A program made the position numbers and the translations under genes. The notes below the pieces were generated by a model that ran no database searches, was not told the DNA's origin, and saw only the letters and a list, made by a program, of their open reading frames with translations. From Iphione sp. A-MEVVRFRX5 (taxonomy: Eukaryota), in NCBI GenBank assembly GCA_976226885.1, contig OZ320323.1, forward strand, positions 24,242,001 through 24,306,000: a stretch of DNA of 64,000 nt, given 5' to 3'. Positions 39,040-46,095 of the stretch are shown piece after piece. Within the stretch, counting starts at the first letter, position 1; every line of letters starts with the position of its first letter.

Positions 39040-39250
39040 TCGGGCGTTCACACATTTTAGTTGTCGCTCAGGTAGGGGAGGCACTCAGTAGCATTCACAG
39101 CTTTGGATCGGGGCATATGTTTAGCTATAAAAGTGAGGAGTTTCAGTGGTCTGGCGTTATTCATTGGAGGACGTCATGCTGGAACCTAGGAGCGCCGAAA
39201 CAGAGGAGTCAGAGGAACTTAATTTCAAGTCAAACTTCGAAGGTATAGTT
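39040..39250 (+). promoter_or_regulatory. Antisense promoter module 1 (TATA, Inr-like, GAGGACGT, 5' splice donor)
   Basis: GCGTTCACACAT at ~39044, TATAAAA at 39126, GAGGACGT at 39167 and donor AG|GTATAG at 39243. Confidence 0.6.
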
Positions 39251-39614
39251 TGCAAACATATTTCTCATGTGTATGAATGTTGGAAGATGACCTATACCTC
39301 ACTATTGGCCGTAGAGAGTCATGTTTGATATCAAATGAAAGCTTGTAATGTGACCTTTCCTTTGGTACCATCAGTGTTCCTGTACGTTGGGTATTGTGGA
39401 TGCTACGGCGAGTAAAACATCGCCGATCGGTAAAGCGGCTAAGTGCGGGCTTAGTCATGTGAAATTGGATGGTCTCTCAGTGAATTTTCAAGTTTGGAGT
39501 GTGTCTATATTACATTATAGTACAGGGATAGTAGATTTCGGTTTTGTAAATGAGAAGGAGGTAATTTTGTCAGGTATAGGTTCGGGGGGGGGGGGGTTGC
39601 CGACGTGCTTAGTT

Positions 39615-39830
39615 GGGCGTTCACACATCCTGGCTACCATCGCTTGAGCGGGGAAGCAGGAAACGTTTGGACAGAGACATAATTAACAGCTTTTGCAGCT
39701 TTTTGTAATTTAGGCTATAAAAAGGGGTGATTTCTGAGTTTTAGCACTATTTCAACAGAGGACGTAATGATGGAATTAGGACTCCTACGGATTCTGCTTG
39801 GCCGATTGGCTTAGCTTTTATCAGGTATGT
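39615..39830 (+). promoter_or_regulatory. Antisense promoter module 2
   Basis: GCGTTCACACAT at ~39617, TATAAAA at 39716, GAGGACGT at 39758 and donor CAG|GTATGT at 39825. Confidence 0.6.
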
Positions 39831-40349
39831 GCGCATATATCATTTCTACATATGTGAGCGTTTTAAGGCTTCTATCACGATTATTTCTGATTATAATATA
39901 GTATTTTGCTACTGGAAGCGACACACAGTTTACACATGGTTATTCCATATACATAATATATATATGGAACTAGATGTATTGAAGTTTTAGAACGACGCTA
40001 CATGGGTGTATTTTATATCAAATGAAAGGTCTTTTTGCACTGAACATTGCTGGACTTTTACTTCTTATATAGGATGTGTATTTTGAACGTGTAGAGGGTT
40101 TTGAATGTTGCCGAGCGGAAAAGCGGCGAGATACTGACTTACAAAGAGAGGACTTGGTATACTGGGTCAGGAAATGTACCTATAGGGTTGTATCATATGG
40201 AAATTCCCGATCTGCCCATTCCAATGGTGGTATCAGTGTGACTGTAAATTGAGTATTGTGGACGTTACAGCGAGTGAAACATCGCCGATCGGTAAAATAG
40301 TGAAATACTGCAATATATAGTGGGCCTGCCGCAGTACTTAGACAGGGGT

Positions 40350-40613
40350 AGCGTTCACACATTTTAATTACTGCCGCTCTGGTGGGGAGGCACAACCCAT
40401 CTATTCTGGTGGATTCACATAGTGGCGTTCACGGCTTTTCCCCCCTTTAGCTATAAAGGTGAGCGATCTTTAGAGTTCTTAAGGTATTTTCCAAGAGGAC
40501 GTCATGTAGTGACCAGGATACAGGTTCATGGAGACGCTCCAAGATTGCCAGTTCTTAACTGCCTGAGACACGGGAACTAATGGAAGAATTCACTTGTAAT
40601 ACCTAAGGTATGT
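40350..40613 (+). promoter_or_regulatory. Antisense promoter module 3
   Basis: GCGTTCACACAT at ~40351, TATAAAG at 40452, GAGGACGT at 40495 and donor AAG|GTATGT at 40608. Confidence 0.6.
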
Positions 40614-41663
40614 GCGCTGATATGATTTCTGTTTGTGTTAGCGTTTCTGGAATCCTTTTAGGTTGGGTAAGAGTGACTACATGTACGTGAAACTCAGAAT
40701 GTCACAACAGGGGTGTATTTTATATCAAATTGAAGCTTGTGGTCCGTCCCTTCTGCTGGTGGTCTCAGTATGATCATATTGTGAATACTATGGTCGGGGC
40801 GGCATATCAAACATTTGCCGATATATATTTATTTTATTTATTTATTTATTTTTTTTGAGGGGGGGGGAATAGGTTCCAGGTTGGACAACAGTGGATATAT
40901 GAGACTTAAAACGCCGCTACCTGGATGTGTTACATATCAATTTAAAGCCCTTGATCTGCTGGTTTTACTGGTAATGTCGGTTTAATTATATTGTGAATAT
41001 TGTGTCGTACTCACCCATGTCAGGGTATGTCCGTCAGCATATTTCTCATGTTTGTGAGGGTTGGCCTACGGCCGCCTATCTAATATTGATATTGGTGCTA
41101 GAAAGCCATATATAATATCAGTGAAGGCTCCTGGTTTGCTTGTTTCAAGGTAATACCAGTTTTGTCCTAGATGCTGGATCAGTTTAAATATCACCGATAA
41201 GCAGAGTGGTTGAACGCAAGTTTGATATGTTGTAATTTTGGTTGGGTAAGGGTGATCATATGCATATGAAACTAAAAATGTAACTAAATGGACGTATATG
41301 TGTCAAATTGAAGCTCATTTTCTGACGTTTTGGGTGATATACTTGGATTGGTTGTGCCATAAATATTGTGGGTGCTGCAGTGAGTTAAATATTATAGGTT
41401 GGTAAAACATGAAAATGCAAGTGTACACAAGTGTGTCTGCTGGAAATGAAGGTAGATTCAGGATGTGTCTACATAGGTGTATTAGATATCAAAGGAAAGG
41501 TACATTTCTTTAGCTTTGACAAAGTAAGGAGACAGATGTATCTTCCATTTACAAATCTTTATAGAATCATTACTTGACATTGGTCTCATAAAAATAGTGT
41601 CCATCTGTTTAAAAATAAAAGAAGATAAATGTTCTAAAATTGGTTTTCAGATGAAATGTCCAT

Positions 41664-42209
41664 TTAGTCCCAAATTTCTTGTTCTTCGGGCTCTATCTTA
41701 GGCCTGTATCCCGCAAAGTTCAGCCTCAGTTGTACTTCATACATGCCGAAGTCAAATGAAAAGAAATATTGGGTATAATCCCAGACAGCACTTTGAGCTG
41801 CGGTCTTCAAACTCATGCCGCTCCTTGCATGCTGGAAGGTGAGTAGAATAATGGAGTCCCATGCGGGATAGAAGTGGGTGGGCAGGTCGGGCTCCTGCCC
41901 TTTCTCCATGTACGTGTCCACCAAACTAATAACCGTCTGGCGGACCAAATTGTCCTGAAGTTGGACAAAGTTTCCTCTCCATGAGGGGAGGATGTCCAGG
42001 TCCAATGCTAGGTAAACATCGAATGTGTGAGACAGGGCCTCCAGCATTCCCTTTCTTGCTTCAGTTGAAATCTTGGGGTGGCGGATCCCTGTGTTCTTTT
42101 TAAGTAGATACGTCATGAGACGCACCGTACAATCTTTGGTGGTTGGTGGTATGCCTCTGTCTAACTGTTTTCCTCGGCGGTGGGCCCTCTTCATGGCTTT
42201 GCAAGGCAT
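41664..42209 (-). CDS. Accessory ORF A, 181-aa protein of unknown function
   Basis: Intact, non-repetitive ORF whose ATG directly follows a splice acceptor (aacctttcag|ATG). Confidence 0.75.
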   Translation of the reverse strand: MPCKAMKRAHRRGKQLDRGIPPTTKDCTVRLMTYLLKKNTGIRHPKISTEARKGMLEALSHTFDVYLALDLDILPSWRGNFVQLQDNLVRQTVISLVDTYMEKGQEPDLPTHFYPAWDSIILLTFQHARSGMSLKTAAQSAVWDYTQYFFSFDFGMYEVQLRLNFAGYRPKIEPEEQEIWD

Positions 42210-42366
42210 CTGAAAGGTTGATGTTCTTTGGATAAGAAAGAGGATTTCCTCGAGTGACAGGTATAGTGATCCTTGTTTGAGCTTTAGAGAGGGGAGTGAG
42301 GCAGAGGTTGTGAGATGTTTTTGCCTTTTTTTTTTCCGGGGATAACCAAGGTATCTTTACGTAAGC

Positions 42367-42402
<36 letters not shown>

Positions 42403-43587
42403 AATGATTTGTTAATTTGATTCTTCCATTTATTTTTCTACTTGTAGTCTAGGTATGATCGTACATAATGCTGCTGAACTGACTGAACACTTCTTTACTT
42501 GCTGATTTATGGAGAGGTGATTATGAAGGTACATAAGCCAAAAATAGATAAAATAAGGCTCTAGTTCTAAAGTAAAGGTAGTCTGAACCACAGTAAATTA
42601 ACCCTATCCTCCCAGAAGGTGGACAAAGATTCGCGTCTTATATGGCCTCTAGGCTGCGCCAACCTACAGCCCCATTTTTCCATAAAGGAAAAACTGCTGG
42701 AGTTAATCACTGCCTATTAGATGTATACTTTGAAAAGAATAGAGGATGTGTGATGTCTTACAGGCCTCTAGGCTGCAAAATCACTCCTCTCTTTTGAGAA
42801 CTCTTCATCAGTACATGACTAAATTTTGGTAGATTTGAAGATGGAATAGAAAGAACAGGTGAGTTGATCAGGCTCTTCTGCCTTCCAGTAGAACATGCCT
42901 CAAATAATTTTGCATATTATCTCTACATGATTCCATACTGAAGTGAGATGGTACTAGACATACAATTGGCAAAACAATTATTTGGCAAAATAAGGCTAAG
43001 TAATTAAAGTATTTTTCAATAATGTATCAATCTATCCTGATATATACTAACTCATGTAAAATCTGAAAACATACTGTTTCAGAGCCACATTGACTGTATA
43101 AATCATTTAGTTTTCTTTTCTGTCCTTCTTTACTGATTCATTTCTGGTTCAACTCGCTGGTATACCGGTTTTACTGTGCAGATAAACTATATACTTTTCA
43201 TCTTCCTAATAAGTAGTCCACATATTGGATCTGATATCTGATATGCTTTAACTATGTTTCTCTTTCTCTGCAGCGATTCAACATCCTGCCAGGAAAGTTT
43301 TAGTTGTATGAAGGTATCTTTTGGCCTCAAGCGTGAAAGAACCATTCACACTAATTATATTACAAATTCAATCTGTGTTCTGCACATTACATCACTTTTC
43401 TGTCAAATTAATTTATCCTAGCATTTTACAAGTCAATTTTGAGTGTGTCTTTAAACACACCTTATCTCAACTTCTCATCATAATAAAAGACCTTATGCCT
43501 ATGCTTTTTGCCTAAGTAATGTTTTAGTACTTATCTCATAAAAAGATGTTTTAAAACCTGTGTATAGTTTAAAATCTTGTTCTCAAT

Positions 43588-46095
43588 CTATTTGTTTGCT
43601 TTCTTGCTTACGTTAGGAGATCTCATACGTTGGAGAAATTTCCAAAATCTTTTTGGCTTCTTAATCTCAGGTTCAGAAGTGTCAGACAGTTCATCATTCT
43701 CTTCATTATCTAATTGAGTTTGATCATGTTCTGTTAGAAGTACAGGTCTACGTGTTCTGCTGCGGAGGTTATATGCTGGTGCATCTGTCCTGGGAAGATC
43801 CTTTTGAGATCCGCTGCAAGAGTCCATGATTGGAGCAGTCTTCACAGGTTTGGCTTGGTGATCTTGTCTGAGTAACCATACGTTTTCATCTGATTGATGT
43901 TCTTGCTCTTTAGTTGACCCAATAGATGTATCTTTAGTAATTTCTTGCTCTGAAATATTTTCTTTAGAGAGGATTTGGGGTGAGGGTGTCACAGGACTCT
44001 CACTTACAGTTTCTTTGATAAGTCTGGCCAATGGCCCATCTTCATATTCCTCATGTACATTTTCTTCTGGCTTAGTTTCCTCTTTTGAATTTTCCTCTCT
44101 CAAAGAAATCAGATCATTATTGTCTTTAACAGGTGGATCATCAGGGTGTGAGTCAACAGTCACTGTATCCTCTGGATCTTCAGGACATCCCCCTTGACAG
44201 GCGTCTCCTAGTTCTTCTGCTTCATCCAGGACTGGAGAGGGTCTTTGTGGTGGTATATCCTCAGGCTCTTCTGGGATTGCATTTAGTGAGGAGGGAGGTT
44301 TATCTGTGAGGTGCTGTCTGCGAGATGAGATGGGTTTGTCTATGGAGGGTGAGCTGGGTGTCTCAAAACTGTCGGGGGGTAGATCTTCAGCCCTTATTTT
44401 CTCTAGATTTGAATTCTCATTTATCACTGGGGGTACTGAACCTGTTTTCTTTAATCTACTGATAGTTACAGATCTAGCAAGGTGCCGTTTTGTCTGTAAG
44501 CATTTTAGATACACTGTACACTCAGTTTGGAATCCTGTAATAACATAGGGTCCATGATACACTTTTCCTAGTTTTAGTTTGAGTGAGCTATCTTGTAGCC
44601 TGGGTACATATAGCCAAACAACATCACCAACCTTTAAGTCAGGTTTGTAGGTATGCTCATCATGTCTGTCTTTCATGTCTTGCGCAGCTTTATCAGAAGT
44701 TTCTAGGGCAGCTTTATGCGCTGTATGTTGTTGTTGCAAGTGTTGAGCAAATCGCTCTTCTACAGGCATAAGTTCATCATTAGGGACAGGGATAGAGTTC
44801 ATTTCTGGACGTCGAGGCTCATACCCATGTAGAAGTAGGTAAGGAGTTTGTCCAGTTCTGGTAGCTTTAGTAGTGTTTAGGGCAAAGCATATTGAAGGGA
44901 GGTAACAGTCCCAGTTATTCTGATATTTGCTAATATAATTCCTGAGAACTGTTAGGAGAGACCGATTTGCTCTCTCTACCAACCCTGAAGTTTGGGGGTG
45001 ACCTGCAGTGGCAAATTTCTGTTTAATTCCATTTTCTCTGCAATAACTTAGGAAGCGGTTTGAGATAAAAGCAGAGCCATTGTCAGAGACAATAGTATTG
45101 ACAATACCAAATCTGTAGACAATATGCTCCTTAAATTTTGATATGAGTGTGTCTGCTCTGAGATCTGGCTGTGCCCATGCAACCAGAAATCTACTATAAT
45201 AATCTACAACAGTAATAATATGCCTATTATCATCTTTTGTAGTGGGTAAGCGTTCAATAGCATCCATGTTAATAGTATGCCAAGGTGCAGGAGCAGGGTC
45301 CCTAAGGGTGAGTGGGGGTCGGATAGGTCTTGTCATTCTTTTAGTCTGGTTACATTTGATGCATGTAGCACAATAGTCATGAACATCTTCACTCATCCCA
45401 GGCCAGAATAATGTCTCTCTCATTTTAGTTAACATTTTGACTGGACCTAGGTGACCAGCATGTACTGCATCATGATTTTGTTGGAGAAATTTCTCTCTCA
45501 GATGAACGGGAACAACTAATCGCACATTGGTTTGAGCATTCGGCCCTGTAGTTGAGGACATTTTAAATAATATATTTTCATAAAGGAAATAGTCTTCCTC
45601 CCTTAAAAGAATCTGTCTAGCCATTTTATCATCATCTGGGAGTCTACCAAATTTGATAAAGGCCACAGTTTGTGCACAGAATGTGTCCTGCTTTTGAGCT
45701 TCTAAAAGATCATTTAGAGGGACATGGGATGATTTTAGATGGTTTTCGGCACCTGAGTGAAGGACAAATTGTCTCTCTCTTCTCTTACGGTGGTTAGGGC
45801 CTCTTTTGGTGAGGAGGGGATCTGATGGCCTAGGTTGAGGAGTAGTTGGGGTGTCTCTAACATGGACTACATTGGTAGGAATAGGGGAAGAGTTCAAGTC
45901 TTCTGGTGATTGTTCAGTAGGACCTGTCCATATCTGATCTTTTTCTGGGGGAACATCTAATCTGGATAAAGTATCCGGGACTACATTTAGGTTGCCTGCT
46001 ACATGTTCAATGGTATAATCAAATCTTTGAAGAAATTCCATCCATCTAACAACACGACTATCTTTATGTTCAAGAGTTTTGCTAACTAGAATGTG
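43588..46095 (-). CDS. pol: pol 3' part: RNase H end/connection, integrase (HHCC, DDE, GPY) and a long acidic tail
   Basis: HDAVHAGH...CATCIKC zinc finger; WHTINMD...VVDYYSRF...SDNGSAF...SGLVERANR catalytic core; YHGPY. It is separated from the upstream pol by a 1-nt frameshift at T5 46096-46100. Confidence 0.95.
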   Translation of the reverse strand, partial: HILVSKTLEHKDSRVVRWMEFLQRFDYTIEHVAGNLNVVPDTLSRLDVPPEKDQIWTGPTEQSPEDLNSSPIPTNVVHVRDTPTTPQPRPSDPLLTKRGPNHRKRRERQFVLHSGAENHLKSSHVPLNDLLEAQKQDTFCAQTVAFIKFGRLPDDDKMARQILLREEDYFLYENILFKMSSTTGPNAQTNVRLVVPVHLREKFLQQNHDAVHAGHLGPVKMLTKMRETLFWPGMSEDVHDYCATCIKCNQTKRMTRPIRPPLTLRDPAPAPWHTINMDAIERLPTTKDDNRHIITVVDYYSRFLVAWAQPDLRADTLISKFKEHIVYRFGIVNTIVSDNGSAFISNRFLSYCRENGIKQKFATAGHPQTSGLVERANRSLLTVLRNYISKYQNNWDCYLPSICFALNTTKATRTGQTPYLLLHGYEPRRPEMNSIPVPNDELMPVEERFAQHLQQQHTAHKAALETSDKAAQDMKDRHDEHTYKPDLKVGDVVWLYVPRLQDSSLKLKLGKVYHGPYVITGFQTECTVYLKCLQTKRHLARSVTISRLKKTGSVPPVINENSNLEKIRAEDLPPDSFETPSSPSIDKPISSRRQHLTDKPPSSLNAIPEEPEDIPPQRPSPVLDEAEELGDACQGGCPEDPEDTVTVDSHPDDPPVKDNNDLISLREENSKEETKPEENVHEEYEDGPLARLIKETVSESPVTPSPQILSKENISEQEITKDTSIGSTKEQEHQSDENVWLLRQDHQAKPVKTAPIMDSCSGSQKDLPRTDAPAYNLRSRTRRPVLLTEHDQTQLDNEENDELSDTSEPEIKKPKRFWKFLQRMRSPNVSKKANK

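Larger units (their letters stand above)
38300..41510 (+). ncRNA. Array of ~12 conserved-flank hairpin units (candidate pri-miRNA-like cluster), antisense to the element
   Basis: Motif A (ATATCAAA..AAG) at 38309, 38503, 38716, 38927, 39328, 40015, 40190, 40722, 40934, 41115, 41299 and 41486. Motif B (C[C/T]GATCGG) follows at 94-96 nt in the first eight units. The interiors are variable and form G-U-rich hairpins on the + strand. The RNA function is inferred. Confidence 0.55.

Noticed and set aside
39146-40395. Short ORFs within the array (39146-39328, 39225-39458, 39387-39647, 40180-40395)
   Set aside because: They are not conserved between paralogous units or modules; module 3 has a stop right after its ATG.
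38300-41510. CRISPR-like repeat-spacer reading of the array
   Set aside because: The context is eukaryotic with no cas genes. The flanks are degenerate and of two types, and the interiors are related to each other and self-complementary rather than unique spacers.
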